NCBI GenBank assembly: GCA_964631685.1 | Contig: CAZVZU010000001.1 | Span: 192,001-256,000 of the forward strand | Source: an uncultured Actinomycetes bacterium | GTDB taxonomy: Bacteria > SZUA-79 > Acidulodesulfobacterales > Acidulodesulfobacteraceae | DNA length: 64,000 nucleotides | Direction: 5' to 3' | Shown: positions 9,980-21,116 of the stretch, one piece after another | Layout of the letters: every line of letters starts with the position of its first letter | Position numbering within the stretch: the stretch's first letter is position 1 | Notes under the pieces: generated by a model | The model's input: only the letters and a program-made list of their open reading frames with translations | What the model was told of the DNA's origin: nothing | Database searches by the model: none | Position numbers and translations under genes: made by a program

Positions 9980-11545
9980 CTATGAGATTTCAAAATATTC
10001 AGGATAAAAACTATCCTGCATTTGGATTACTACTTTTTTATTAATTTCAGACTCTAATTGTTCGAGCTCTTTGTCGTACTCATACAGTTTATTCATTATA
10101 TATGAATGGACCGTTACAGTAATTTTTTTAGACATTGTCTTTTTTGCGTGCAATGATACTCCTCTGAATATTTCAAAACAGATGGTTTGAGGCGATTTTA
10201 TTACACCAAGTCCTTCGCACATCGGGCACTGCTCCAAGAAAGTGCTAAAAATACTATTCCCCGTCCTCTTTCTTGTCATCTCAACTAGTCCAAGCTCAGT
10301 TATTCTATTAATTGTTGTTTTAACCCTATCGCTTTTCAGTGCATCTTCTAATATACGATATACCTTTTCTCTATTCTTCTCCGTTATCATATCTATGAAA
10401 TCTATAACGATAATTCCTCCTATATTCCTGAGTCTTAATTGATACGCTACTTCCTTTGCAGCTTCCAGGTTAGTTTTCAATATAGTATCTTCGAAGTTTT
10501 TTTTACCTACGTACTTGCCTGTATTCACATCTATCGTTGTCAATGCTTCTGTATAATCAATAACTATGTAACCTCCGGACTTAAGCCACACCTTTTTATT
10601 TAATGCCTTTGATATTTCCTTTTCAATATTGAAATGCTTAAATATCGGCAAACTATCCGCGTATAGTTCTACTATGTTTGTATATTCAGGGGACTGAATG
10701 GCAAGAAATTCCACTATTTTTTTGTGTTCCCCTTTATCGTCCACAATAATTTTATTTATTGTCTTATTAAGCAAATCTCTCAACGCTCTCAGGGATATAC
10801 CCATATCTTGAAATATAAGCTTGGGCGCTTTTGCTTTAAGCTGACTTTTATAAATATTATTCCATAGTCCGGTAAGAAATTTAATATCCCTTTCAATATC
10901 TATTTCTGATGCATTTTCAGCGGCGGTCCTGATTATAAATCCAGTACCTTCTTTTCTGTATTTCAAAACAATGCTTTTGAGTCTTTTTTTCTCTCCATCG
11001 CTTTTAATTTTTCTTGAAATTCCGATTGAAGAAGATGTAGGCATGTAAACGAGAAATCTCCCTGGAAGAGATATATGGCTTGTAATGCGAGCGCCCTTAG
11101 TCTTGACGGGCTCCTTGTCAATTTGAACAAGTATTTCCTGATTCTTTTTTAAGAGTTGATCTATATTGAGCGTAATTTTCTTTTTTTTTCTACCCCTTTT
11201 TTGTTTTTGTGCTGTTGCATTAACTTCATCATTACTATCACTGTGTTCACTTTTGCTAATTGAGTCGGAAGGCGGTTCCTCTCTACCTGGTTCAAAAAAA
11301 TCGTAATCAGCTGCATCGATTTCATAAAAGTCCCCAGCGTATAAAAATGCTGATTTTTCCCAGCCTATATCGATGAAGGATGCCTGAATCCCGGGGAGAA
11401 TCTGCATTACCTTTCCTTTATATATGCTTCCATGTTTTGGAGAATCAGTCTTTCTTTCAATGAAAACTTCGGATAATCGACCGTTCTCCAGCAATGCGAC
11501 GCGAGTTTCGTAATTATCCTTATTTATTATAAGTTCCGTGGTCAA
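9980..11545 (-). CDS. rng: Rne/Rng family ribonuclease (RNase G-like)
   Basis: S1 domain IYKGKV..ILPGIQASFIDIG, IDVNTG, LRLRNIGGIIVIDFIDM, CPMCEG; GTG start. Confidence 0.93.
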   Translation of the reverse strand: MTTELIINKDNYETRVALLENGRLSEVFIERKTDSPKHGSIYKGKVMQILPGIQASFIDIGWEKSAFLYAGDFYEIDAADYDFFEPGREEPPSDSISKSEHSDSNDEVNATAQKQKRGRKKKKITLNIDQLLKKNQEILVQIDKEPVKTKGARITSHISLPGRFLVYMPTSSSIGISRKIKSDGEKKRLKSIVLKYRKEGTGFIIRTAAENASEIDIERDIKFLTGLWNNIYKSQLKAKAPKLIFQDMGISLRALRDLLNKTINKIIVDDKGEHKKIVEFLAIQSPEYTNIVELYADSLPIFKHFNIEKEISKALNKKVWLKSGGYIVIDYTEALTTIDVNTGKYVGKKNFEDTILKTNLEAAKEVAYQLRLRNIGGIIVIDFIDMITEKNREKVYRILEDALKSDRVKTTINRITELGLVEMTRKRTGNSIFSTFLEQCPMCEGLGVIKSPQTICFEIFRGVSLHAKKTMSKKITVTVHSYIMNKLYEYDKELEQLESEINKKVVIQMQDSFYPEYFEIS

Positions 11546-11780
11546 TCAAATCTCCTTGATAATATTATGAATCTTTATTAGAATGGCACAATCAATGTAG
11601 ATAACGACTATTCTAACATATTAACCGTTATAAAATAAATAAGTTAAGTTTTTATTTGTTTTTATTCTCAAATTCTATGTTATAATATCGCTATAAAAAA
11701 AAATAGCCGATGATTGATTTATATATTTTTTAGTTTTATAATGCTCTTAATAGTAAAGAAAGGGAGAGGTTATAGATATT

Positions 11781-11966
11781 ATGAATGAAAATGTTGTTCT
11801 CTGCGCAGTATGTGCATGGAGAGGTGTCTGCGACAAGAAGTATAGTACTTCTGGGGCGGAGATTTTTGATTGTTTTGATTTTGCCCGAGATATTACTTTG
11901 TCAATATCCGGTTTTGAAGACATATTGTCTCTTATAAGTGATAATAAAAATTATAAGGTAAATTGA
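11781..11966 (+). CDS. small Cys-rich hypothetical protein
   Basis: GAGAGG RBS; CAVCAWRGVC...C pattern; abuts the SPOR gene. Confidence 0.6.
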   Translation: MNENVVLCAVCAWRGVCDKKYSTSGAEIFDCFDFARDITLSISGFEDILSLISDNKNYKVN

Positions 11967-11967
11967 T

Positions 11968-12660
11968 TTGAGAAAAGACAAGCTTTCGGCGGTTATTGTT
12001 TTTTTGGTAATCTTATTTATAGTATTTGTTTTAGGATTATTCGTCGGGAAAAAATTATCTCCTCAAAAATCAAGGGAGGGTGTTATTAATGGACCTTCTC
12101 TGAATATTAACGGTAACCCGCCTTCTACATCTTTAAATACAAATAGTGCTCATAAAGCGAGTAAAAGTACCGTTCTTTCGACGGATAATATTAAATTTGC
12201 TCCGATATCCAAGTTGGTTTCGCTGAAGAAGAGGGCTATCACCAAAAAGATCGTCAAGAAGCCGGTTTTAACCCCAAAAATCAAGGTTAAAACCAAAATA
12301 ATATACATTAAAAAACCGGTTTATATATATAAATATAGATATAAATACATTACAAGAAAGGCTCCGACGAAGCAAAAAAAGCATATATCTTCTTCAAGTT
12401 CTGCAATCTATTACACTATTCAAGTAGCTGCCGTTTCAAAATATGATGATGCGAAGAAATTAGCTGGCAAACTTAATTCTATGGGTTTATTCGCATATAT
12501 CGTTCCCGTTAGCATCTCCGGAAAAAAAGGCAAGGTCACCTATCAACAAGTCAGGGTTGGAAAGTTTTCCACTGATAAGGGCGCCAAGGCTGTTGAAGGC
12601 ATGATATCAAAGAAATTCAATTTAAAGCCTTATATTATAAAGATTACTAAAAAGCCTTAA
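11968..12660 (+). CDS. SPOR-domain cell division protein
   Basis: N-terminal TM, Lys-rich linker, C-terminal YTIQVAA...VRVGKF SPOR domain. Confidence 0.85.
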   Translation: MRKDKLSAVIVFLVILFIVFVLGLFVGKKLSPQKSREGVINGPSLNINGNPPSTSLNTNSAHKASKSTVLSTDNIKFAPISKLVSLKKRAITKKIVKKPVLTPKIKVKTKIIYIKKPVYIYKYRYKYITRKAPTKQKKHISSSSSAIYYTIQVAAVSKYDDAKKLAGKLNSMGLFAYIVPVSISGKKGKVTYQQVRVGKFSTDKGAKAVEGMISKKFNLKPYIIKITKKP

Positions 12661-12663
12661 TGT

Positions 12664-13458
12664 TTAGTAAAGATAAAAATTTGACAACCTGTAAATAAAA
12701 GTTCCTCTTATATTCAGTCTCTTGATGGTCCATGATTTAGGAAATCTATTATACATTGTTGCATTTTTTATCGCATTAACTGCAGCCGTATCCAATGATT
12801 TTTTTCCTGAGGAATTTAATATTCTAACCTTGTAAATGGAGCCGTTACTGTTTATGGAAAATTCAATAGTAAGCTGACCTGATATCCTGTCTCTTTTTGC
12901 TTCTGTAGGATACTCCCAGACATTTTCTATCTTATTCTTAACATGTAACAAATAAGAAGCATATTTTATGGTTGTTGTATTTAAGTTTACGTTTGCAGAT
13001 TTTATCCCATGTGAAGGGTTTTTTATGCTGGATCTTGGATGTATCGGACTCTGCTTTTGCATTCCCGTGGTAACAGGGTAAATGCTGTTTAGTTTTAGAT
13101 TGTGTCTTTTTAGAATATGCGGAACCCTTGAAAGAAGATGAGAACTGCTTAATGTCCGTTTAACCTGGTGGCGCGCCAATCTGCGCGATGCGTAGGTATG
13201 ACTACTATGAGCCGGGGGGGCATTCAACCTCGTATTCTTACGGGCAAAATGGGGTTTTAGACTGGCGTATCTTGGTTTGATTACCTTGTGTTTTTGCAAA
13301 TTCTTGGCAAACATATACGGCTCAATCGTGATAGGCTTTGAATATATGAGATGTTTTTTAATTTTTTTATTATCATATTTTAATAGAAACAATATTAACG
13401 CCGAGTGTATAACGATAGATATAATTAATGAATATATTATGACCTTGTTGTTTTTCAT
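12664..13458 (-). CDS. TonB family energy transducer
   Basis: S..IH TM anchor and TonB C-domain (WEYP..A...G...F.I...G, SSGK.SLD.AA). Confidence 0.85.
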   Translation of the reverse strand: MKNNKVIIYSLIISIVIHSALILFLLKYDNKKIKKHLIYSKPITIEPYMFAKNLQKHKVIKPRYASLKPHFARKNTRLNAPPAHSSHTYASRRLARHQVKRTLSSSHLLSRVPHILKRHNLKLNSIYPVTTGMQKQSPIHPRSSIKNPSHGIKSANVNLNTTTIKYASYLLHVKNKIENVWEYPTEAKRDRISGQLTIEFSINSNGSIYKVRILNSSGKKSLDTAAVNAIKNATMYNRFPKSWTIKRLNIRGTFIYRLSNFYLY

Positions 13459-13628
13459 AATGTCAGAGTATTAAATAACCGCGTTATTCCCCCTCTATCG
13501 TTAATTTTGAAGCTACCGTTGGCATTCTTATTCTAACATTATTTAAATTGATTTAAAATCGTTTTTGAATTAAAATACAAGATAAAATCGAGTTGTTTTT
13601 AATTAATAAACTTAAGGGGGGGGGACGC

Positions 13629-14357
13629 ATGGAGAGTGTTTTGGGCAAAAAAGAGCTAAAAAAGATTTACGAAGGCAAGGCAAAGATACTTTATGAATAT
13701 TCTGGGGACGAAAATAAGCTGATTACTTACTTTAAAGATGATGCAACCGCTTTTAACGGTCAAAAAAAGGGCATAATAGTTAAAAAGGGAGTATATAATA
13801 ACTCTATATCCGCTTCTTTATTTAAACTTTTACAAAACTGCGGGGTAGAAAATCACTTTATCGAACAATTATCCGATAGAGAAATGTTAACAAGACATTT
13901 GAAAATGTTTCCCGTAGAATTTGTCGTCAGAAATATTGCGGCAGGAAGTCTCGCAAAAAAGATGGGAGTAGAGGAGGGCGTTAAGTTACTTTCTCCCGTG
14001 GTTGAACTATATTTCAAAAGCGATGAACTTGGCGATCCCATGATTAACGAAACTTATGTTGAAGCGTTTGATTTAGGAAACATCAGAGATATTAAAGAGG
14101 CTAAAGACACTGCTTTAAGGATAAATGAAATTTTAAAAGATTTCTTTGATAAAAATGGGCTGTTATTGGTAGATTACAAATTGGAATTTGGTACTTTTAA
14201 CGGGAAGATTCTCTTGGGTGATGAAATTACCCCCGACACAATGAGACTTTGGGACAAAATTACACTTGAAAAGGTTGATAAAGACAGGTTTAGAAGGGAT
14301 ATAGGCGGCGTTGAAGAAGCATACAAAAGGATATATGGCATAACCTTAAAAATATAA
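13629..14357 (+). CDS. purC: SAICAR synthetase
   Basis: YEGKAK, FKDDATAF, VVRNIAAGS, DEITPDTMRLWD, DKDRFR; start moved to the ATG after the G-tract RBS. Confidence 0.96.
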   Translation: MESVLGKKELKKIYEGKAKILYEYSGDENKLITYFKDDATAFNGQKKGIIVKKGVYNNSISASLFKLLQNCGVENHFIEQLSDREMLTRHLKMFPVEFVVRNIAAGSLAKKMGVEEGVKLLSPVVELYFKSDELGDPMINETYVEAFDLGNIRDIKEAKDTALRINEILKDFFDKNGLLLVDYKLEFGTFNGKILLGDEITPDTMRLWDKITLEKVDKDRFRRDIGGVEEAYKRIYGITLKI

Positions 14358-14393
14358 ATATGCCGTGATGCATACTGAAGAGGATTTTTACAT

Positions 14394-15698
14394 ATGAATA
14401 TTGCTATAGTAGGAACCGGATATGTCGGTCTTGTTACCGGCGTTTGTTTGGCTGACTCCGGAAACAATGTGTATTGCGTCGATAATGATAAAAGCAAAAT
14501 ATCTTCATTAAAGAACTGCGTAATGCCTATTTACGAGCCCGGACTTAAGGAGTTAGTCGTTAAAAATGTAAAGAATGAAAGGCTTATTTTTACGGAAGAT
14601 ATTGGTTTTGCCGTGAAAAATGCAGATGTGATTTTTATAGCTGTAGGAACACCGCCGCGGGACGATGGGGATGCGGATCTGTCGAATATTTTTAAGGTAG
14701 CCGAAGATATAGCAAATTATATTGACGATTATAAGGTAGTTATTATAAAGAGCACTGTGCCTATAGGAACTTGCAGGCGGGTAGATACGGAAATAAGAAA
14801 GATAACGAATAATTTTGATGTTATCTCAAATCCGGAATTTTTGAAAGAGGGAGCGGCAATTAACGATTTTCAGAGACCTGATAGAATAATTATCGGGGTA
14901 AACGACGGTGAACATTCGTTAAAAATAAAAAAGATTATGGGGGAGATTTACGAACCATTTGTAAGAACCGGAGCGCCGGTATATTTTATGGATACAAACT
15001 CTTCTGAGCTTACAAAATATGCCGCTAATGCGATGCTCGCATTGAGAATAACATTTATGAATGAGTTGGCCAATATGTGTTCATTATCAGGGGCGAATAT
15101 TGATAATATAAGGATAGGTATTGGTGCCGATAAGAGAATTGGCAAGTCTTTCTTATTTCCCGGTATCGGGTATGGCGGAAGCTGTTTTCCTAAAGATGTT
15201 AATGCCCTCTACAGAACCGCAAAGGCGAAAGGTTATGATTTTAAACTGCTAAAAGCGGTAGATGAGGCTAATTTCTACCAAAAAGAAGTATTGGTAAGTT
15301 ATATTTTGAAATATTTCGAAGGGGATATTTCGGGAAAGATTTTTACTTTATGGGGTTTATCATTTAAACCTAAAACAGATGATATAAGAGAGTCTCCATC
15401 TTTATCCATTGTTTCAAAGTTACTTTCATACGGCGCAAAAATACAAGCATACGATCCCATTGCAATGGATAATGCAAGAACTATTTTTCCTAAAATAGAG
15501 TATGCAAAAGATATGTACAAGGCGCTTAAAAATTCTAGCGGGCTTATCATCGCAACGGAGTGGAATGATTTCAGGGCGCCGGACTTTAAAAGGATTAGAG
15601 AAACGTTGCAAGAGGGCGTTATATTTGACGGAAGAAATATCTATGACCCTGTAAAAATGAAGGAATTAGGTTTTGATTATTTTTCTATTGGAAGATAA
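14394..15698 (+). CDS. ugd: UDP-glucose 6-dehydrogenase
   Basis: GTGYVG, KSTVPIGT, NPEFLKEG, GYGGSCFPKD. Confidence 0.95.
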   Translation: MNIAIVGTGYVGLVTGVCLADSGNNVYCVDNDKSKISSLKNCVMPIYEPGLKELVVKNVKNERLIFTEDIGFAVKNADVIFIAVGTPPRDDGDADLSNIFKVAEDIANYIDDYKVVIIKSTVPIGTCRRVDTEIRKITNNFDVISNPEFLKEGAAINDFQRPDRIIIGVNDGEHSLKIKKIMGEIYEPFVRTGAPVYFMDTNSSELTKYAANAMLALRITFMNELANMCSLSGANIDNIRIGIGADKRIGKSFLFPGIGYGGSCFPKDVNALYRTAKAKGYDFKLLKAVDEANFYQKEVLVSYILKYFEGDISGKIFTLWGLSFKPKTDDIRESPSLSIVSKLLSYGAKIQAYDPIAMDNARTIFPKIEYAKDMYKALKNSSGLIIATEWNDFRAPDFKRIRETLQEGVIFDGRNIYDPVKMKELGFDYFSIGR

Positions 15699-15750
15699 TA
15701 GCGTGACAGTGGTTAGTCCGGATTAAAACACACATAATGAGAGGGAAAAG

Positions 15751-17196
15751 ATGACTAATGTCGTTTTATGCGGTGGTAGCGGAACAAGACTTTGGCCTAT
15801 TTCAAGAAAATTATTTCCAAAGCAGTTCTATAAACTAATTGATGATATGTCCTTATTTCAGATGACTGTTTTGAGAAATATAGATTTTTGTGATAATTTT
15901 TTGATTGTTACCAACAAAGACCACTATTTTATTGCTCTTGACCAACTTGAAGACATTGGAGTAAAAAATTATAGGTTTATTCTTGAGCCCACACCCAGAA
16001 ATACCGCCGCCGCAATTGCATTATCCTGTTTTGATGCCACTGGCAATCAAAATAAAAGCAACCTGTTTTTTGTTACCCCGGCAGATCATTTGATAAAAAA
16101 TATAGATTCCTACGCAAGAATTATCGCTATTGCCAAAAAATCAGCTGAAGAAGATAATATCGTTATGTTCGGCATAAAACCATCCTGCCCAGAAACAGGG
16201 TACGGATATATAGAGATTGTTCAGGGTAACGATTTACCGCTAAACTCAAATATATCAGGCGATGCAGATTTATATGAACATATTTTTTCAGTAGGTTCTT
16301 TTAAAGAGAAACCGGATAGAGATACGGCGCGTAACTATCTTTCCAAGGGTAATTTTTATTGGAACAGCGGGATGTTTATGTTTAAGCCGGAAATATTGAC
16401 AAGAGAACTTAAAGCTATATGTCCGCCTATATTTAAATCCTCAAAAAAAGCATATGAAAATGCAAAAAAGAATGGTTCAATGGTAAGAATAGTAGAAGAC
16501 GATATGCTTAATATAGAAGAAAATTCTATAGATTCAGCGTTATTAGAAAAAATCTCTAACACTAAGGTGATACCTGCAGATATTGCATGGTCTGATTTAG
16601 GGAGCTTTGATTCTATTTACAACGAGTTTAAAAAGGATAAAGACAATAATGCTATATCAAAAGATATATTAAGCATTAATTCGCATAATAATCTCATAAT
16701 GTCAAGTGGCAGAATGATTGCCACTATAGATATAGATGATTTAATTATAGTAGATACAGATGATGCCCTTTTAGTAACTAAAAAAGGTTCATCACAAAAT
16801 GTCAAGATGGTGATAGCTGAATTAAAAAAAAGAGATTCAGATCTTCATACTCAGCATTCAACCGTTCACAGGCCGTGGGGATCATATTCGGTATTATTGG
16901 AATCAAATTTGTATAAAATAAAAAAGATAGTTGTTAAACCAGGCAGCAAGCTATCGCTTCAAAAACATATGCATAGGTCAGAGCATTGGATTATAACAAG
17001 CGGAACTGCATTGGTTACTATCGATGCTAAAACAATCCTTCTTGAGACCAATAAATCTACATATATCCCTATAGGCTCTGTTCATAGACTTGAAAACCCC
17101 GGGCTTATTCCATTAGTTATAGTAGAGGCTCAGGTAGGAGAGTACCTGAAAGAGGATGATATTATAAGATTAGAAGACGACTATTGTAGAGAATAG
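15751..17196 (+). CDS. manC: mannose-1-phosphate guanylyltransferase / mannose-6-phosphate isomerase
   Basis: GGSGTRLWPISR, WNSGMF, WSDLGS, RPWG, SLQKHMHRSEHW cupin. Confidence 0.95.
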   Translation: MTNVVLCGGSGTRLWPISRKLFPKQFYKLIDDMSLFQMTVLRNIDFCDNFLIVTNKDHYFIALDQLEDIGVKNYRFILEPTPRNTAAAIALSCFDATGNQNKSNLFFVTPADHLIKNIDSYARIIAIAKKSAEEDNIVMFGIKPSCPETGYGYIEIVQGNDLPLNSNISGDADLYEHIFSVGSFKEKPDRDTARNYLSKGNFYWNSGMFMFKPEILTRELKAICPPIFKSSKKAYENAKKNGSMVRIVEDDMLNIEENSIDSALLEKISNTKVIPADIAWSDLGSFDSIYNEFKKDKDNNAISKDILSINSHNNLIMSSGRMIATIDIDDLIIVDTDDALLVTKKGSSQNVKMVIAELKKRDSDLHTQHSTVHRPWGSYSVLLESNLYKIKKIVVKPGSKLSLQKHMHRSEHWIITSGTALVTIDAKTILLETNKSTYIPIGSVHRLENPGLIPLVIVEAQVGEYLKEDDIIRLEDDYCRE

Positions 17197-17272
17197 ATTA
17201 CTCCATTTTCGTTCGTGGTTGTACGCGGGTATTTTTCATTATTTCGTTAATTTAATAAGGTTAAATATTATT

Positions 17273-18340
17273 ATGTTATATTTTAAAAATCTAAGCGATC
17301 TTGTTGTAGTAGTTTTAGTTGGCGCAGGTTCTATTTTTATCGGACATATACTAAATTTGCTATTATTTAAAGTTTATTCCCGCGTAGCAAAACATATTCC
17401 TAATTCAGATTTAATCCCTAAATACTTAAGGTTTTTCTCAAGACTTCTAATTATTGTTTTTATATTTTCAATAATTGTTCCTTTTTTTAATTTTCATAAT
17501 GGAACAACCATCGGGTTTGCTTTTAAATTTATATTAATTGCATACATAGGAATTTTTGCTTTCGGATTTGTAAGGCTAACTTATATCTTTGAAGAATTTA
17601 TCCTGCGAAGATATAACATAAAGCTACAAGATAACCTAGAAGCGCGTAAAGTTTATACTCAAACTAAATTTATCAAAAAAGTCATAATAATTATAATCTC
17701 ATTGATAGGTATGTCGTTCATTTTAATGCAGTTTAACGAAGTCAGGGAAATAGGAACTACAATATTGGCCTCTGCGGGGATAATAGGCGTAATTATCGGA
17801 TTTGCCACACAAAAAACCTTGAATTTGGTGATAGCCGGCCTTCAGGTAGCAATTACTCAACCCATTAAGATAGATGACGTATTGATTATCGACAAAGAGT
17901 GGGGACGCGTAGAGGAAATTTCACTTACTTATGTCATATTAAGGATATGGGATTTAAGGCGGCTTGTAATTCCGATAAATTATTTTATCGAAAATTCCTT
18001 CCAAAATTGGACCAGAATTTCCGCTAATCTTTTAGGTACTGTCTTTATATATGTAGATTACGGTGTTAATGTAGATGATATTCGCCGGGAATTAGGGAAT
18101 ATACTTCAAACAACGGATTTATGGGATAAACAAGCTTGGGGCCTGCAGGTCACTAATGCAACAGAGCGGACATTAGAATTAAGAGCGCTTATGAGCGCGT
18201 CTGATTCATCCAAATTGTGGGATCTAAGATGTTTAATAAGAGAAAAACTTATAAAATTTATAGGTAACAATTATCCTCAATCTTTGCCGAAAATCAGAAA
18301 TGAACTAACTGGACAATTAAAGGACTCTGTGAAAAATTAA
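17273..18340 (+). CDS. small-conductance mechanosensitive channel (MscS family)
   Basis: TM helices, ASAG.IG..IGFATQ, WGRVEEI.LTYV, WD.RRLVIP; start uncertain (17219 TTG or 17273 ATG). Confidence 0.9.
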   Translation: MLYFKNLSDLVVVVLVGAGSIFIGHILNLLLFKVYSRVAKHIPNSDLIPKYLRFFSRLLIIVFIFSIIVPFFNFHNGTTIGFAFKFILIAYIGIFAFGFVRLTYIFEEFILRRYNIKLQDNLEARKVYTQTKFIKKVIIIIISLIGMSFILMQFNEVREIGTTILASAGIIGVIIGFATQKTLNLVIAGLQVAITQPIKIDDVLIIDKEWGRVEEISLTYVILRIWDLRRLVIPINYFIENSFQNWTRISANLLGTVFIYVDYGVNVDDIRRELGNILQTTDLWDKQAWGLQVTNATERTLELRALMSASDSSKLWDLRCLIREKLIKFIGNNYPQSLPKIRNELTGQLKDSVKN

Positions 18341-18352
18341 CTGCGGTTTTAT

Positions 18353-18430
<78 letters not shown>

Positions 18431-18524
18431 AAGTATCTGACGATTATATAACTTTATTCACATGATTGCAACAATAAAATTTATTTAATGCACTATCCTT
18501 TTTAAAGGATGCGTAATAATCCCT

Positions 18525-19334
18525 TTAAAATTCCAGCCGCAGGCCAACTTCTGGACCTTTAAAAACTAATTTTCCATTGATGCTATCTACATTAACGTTT
18601 ATCTTATCATATACATAGTCTGCAAATATTAAAAGCGGTCCTACCGCATTATAATTCACACCTGCTTTTATATGATAATAATATCCGTCCGAACCAATAC
18701 TAAATCCTTGAAATTTTCCGATAAACGATATGTCATTGAGCGGAGAAATTTTTACTATCCCACCTATAAGGGGCATAGGTAAATTTGCATTTTTAGACTC
18801 AGATATCAACGAGGAATTCATCTCGGCATTGACAGTAAAGAGGTCTATGCCTGCTCCGACACCTAACGTGATAAAATTGCCCAGTGAAAAATCATGTGTG
18901 TAAAACATCTTATAACTGCGTAATTCCAGTTTAGATGTTACATTGGTATTAACATTGTAAGTCTGCCCATTAAAATAAATGGTTTCAGATAACGTTTTAA
19001 AGCCACTATACATATACGGAACATACGTGAAAGAAATCACATTACTAAATGGTATTGTTATCGCTACTTTAATCATAGGTTCAGTCTTTGTCGTCTGAAG
19101 TCCTATATCTGCGGGGGTTATATTTGTTGCGGCAAATCCATTTACCGAATTTCCAACCATTAAGTTCCCTGAAAGATTTTGAAAATAACTCCCTCCCTCA
19201 ACGGAGATGCCTAATAAACCAGAAGCATGAGCATTAGAAGCGCTTAGGGATATAAAAGACAATAAAAACAAGCTTACAAAGGCAATAAAAGATAAACGAA
19301 AACATTTCATAAATTTACCATTATTAAACGACAT
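18525..19334 (-). CDS. outer-membrane beta-barrel protein
   Basis: Signal peptide, amphipathic beta strands, C-terminal GLRLEF. Confidence 0.75.
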   Translation of the reverse strand: MSFNNGKFMKCFRLSFIAFVSLFLLSFISLSASNAHASGLLGISVEGGSYFQNLSGNLMVGNSVNGFAATNITPADIGLQTTKTEPMIKVAITIPFSNVISFTYVPYMYSGFKTLSETIYFNGQTYNVNTNVTSKLELRSYKMFYTHDFSLGNFITLGVGAGIDLFTVNAEMNSSLISESKNANLPMPLIGGIVKISPLNDISFIGKFQGFSIGSDGYYYHIKAGVNYNAVGPLLIFADYVYDKINVNVDSINGKLVFKGPEVGLRLEF

Positions 19335-19443
19335 ATGCGACCCCGCTTTTTTATTTTACATTTTATTATAATGTCTTTTTATGTTATAAATATAATACAT
19401 AAAACAGTATTTAGCAATAAAAAATAAAGGAATAGCATAATCA

Positions 19444-20829
19444 TTGACTATCAATAAAAGTAAAGATAAAGCACCCCGCCATATCTATATGGACTGCAGT
19501 GGAACCTTTTACACCGGTTTTAATACGGGCATTCAACGAGCCGTTCGGAATATAGTGATGCACTCTAAGACAATGGAAAAGGATTATAATACAACCGTTG
19601 TGCCTGTTATAACCTTCATAGACAGATTCGTGGAGGTAGGCTTAGATGATTTATCAAGAAGATTTTACGAAGAAAAGAAAACTGCATTCGATAAATTATC
19701 TAAGCGCTATTTGAAAACGGAAAGAAGGATAACCGTCTTTAAATATGGCGACAATACCAATAAAAAAATAAGAACATCACTGTTAGGTCTTGTCTTGGGT
19801 AGGCTTAGGGTACCTCTTAAAAATATTTTTCAAACCGTTTTTTTTGGGTATCTATACTTATTTAAGAGTTTTAAATTTAAAACCGTGAAGATAAATGCGA
19901 ATGATTTAATCTTTCTTTCCGATGTCTATTGGAGTTTTAACGTTTTGTCCATATCCAATAGGTACAAGGCAAAGAAAGGGGCATTTGTAGTCACTCTAAT
20001 CTATGACATTATCGCCGCGACTCACCCTCAATTTTTTGACAACTTGCGAGTAGATATTATTATCAAGCATATTGATAAAATGATTGATTGTTCAGATGCA
20101 TTTGTGTGTGATTCTAAATATTCGGCAGATGAATTAAGGAATTATATCTATCATAAAAAACACGACTCAATTAAAAAGCCTATTGAATATTTCTATTTAG
20201 GCAATGATTTAAGCGAGAAGCCCGGAATAAGAGATTTGTCTATCAGGGATGATATTAAAAATATACTAAAAAATAAGAATACTTATCTGATGGTCGGAAC
20301 TATTAAGCAGATAAAAAATCATCTGTTTGTTTTGGACGTATTTGAAGAGATGTGGAACGGCGGTTTTAACGGTAATTTGATAATTGTTGGGGTCGCAGGA
20401 TGGAATTGTAATAATATTTTAGAACGGTTTAAACATTCAAAATACAGTAATACTCACTTATTTGTCTATAATGACATAAACGATGCGGAGCTTAAGTATC
20501 TTTATAAAAACTCTAAAGCCCTGGTTATCGCTTCAATTACCGAGGGGTTCGGTTTTCCGTTAGTTGAAGCCGCCAGATATAATATAAAAGTGTTTGCAAG
20601 CGATATACCTGTTTTCAGAGAAATAGGCGGGGATTATCCTACCTATTTCTCTCTGGATTCCAAAAATGACCTTAAGCAAAAAATAATATCATTTGAGCGC
20701 GTAGACAAAGTTTTAAAAGAGGAAACGATTGAGACAAACATCAAACCAAAAATAAAAATTGCATCGTTTAGTTGGGACGATTCCATAGACAATCTTTTCA
20801 ATAAATTAATAAAGATATATAATGCATAG
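19444..20829 (+). CDS. GT4-type glycosyltransferase (LPS/O-antigen mannosyltransferase-like)
   Basis: TGIQRAVR, IYDII, MVGTI, EGFGFPLVEA, SDIPVFRE. Confidence 0.88.
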   Translation: MTINKSKDKAPRHIYMDCSGTFYTGFNTGIQRAVRNIVMHSKTMEKDYNTTVVPVITFIDRFVEVGLDDLSRRFYEEKKTAFDKLSKRYLKTERRITVFKYGDNTNKKIRTSLLGLVLGRLRVPLKNIFQTVFFGYLYLFKSFKFKTVKINANDLIFLSDVYWSFNVLSISNRYKAKKGAFVVTLIYDIIAATHPQFFDNLRVDIIIKHIDKMIDCSDAFVCDSKYSADELRNYIYHKKHDSIKKPIEYFYLGNDLSEKPGIRDLSIRDDIKNILKNKNTYLMVGTIKQIKNHLFVLDVFEEMWNGGFNGNLIIVGVAGWNCNNILERFKHSKYSNTHLFVYNDINDAELKYLYKNSKALVIASITEGFGFPLVEAARYNIKVFASDIPVFREIGGDYPTYFSLDSKNDLKQKIISFERVDKVLKEETIETNIKPKIKIASFSWDDSIDNLFNKLIKIYNA

Positions 20830-21116
20830 TGATTTTACAACACTCACCTAAGCGTTTAAAGGCAATGGGTTGTAGGGTTTTAGAAAAATTCAGATATCCC
20901 TTAAATCATTTTTCTCATAACCTTTTCTAGGTTTAACTACTCCAAATATAAGATACATATATCAATTGATAGACTTAATTTGAAAATGCGTTTCAACTTT
21001 TTTTCATTCGAATAGTATGATATAATGAGCTGAATTTGAATTATAATTTGTAAAGTTGCCTAATTAATTACTTAATTTTTACTATTTCGGCCTCATTTAA
21101 TAAGGAGGTACAAACC

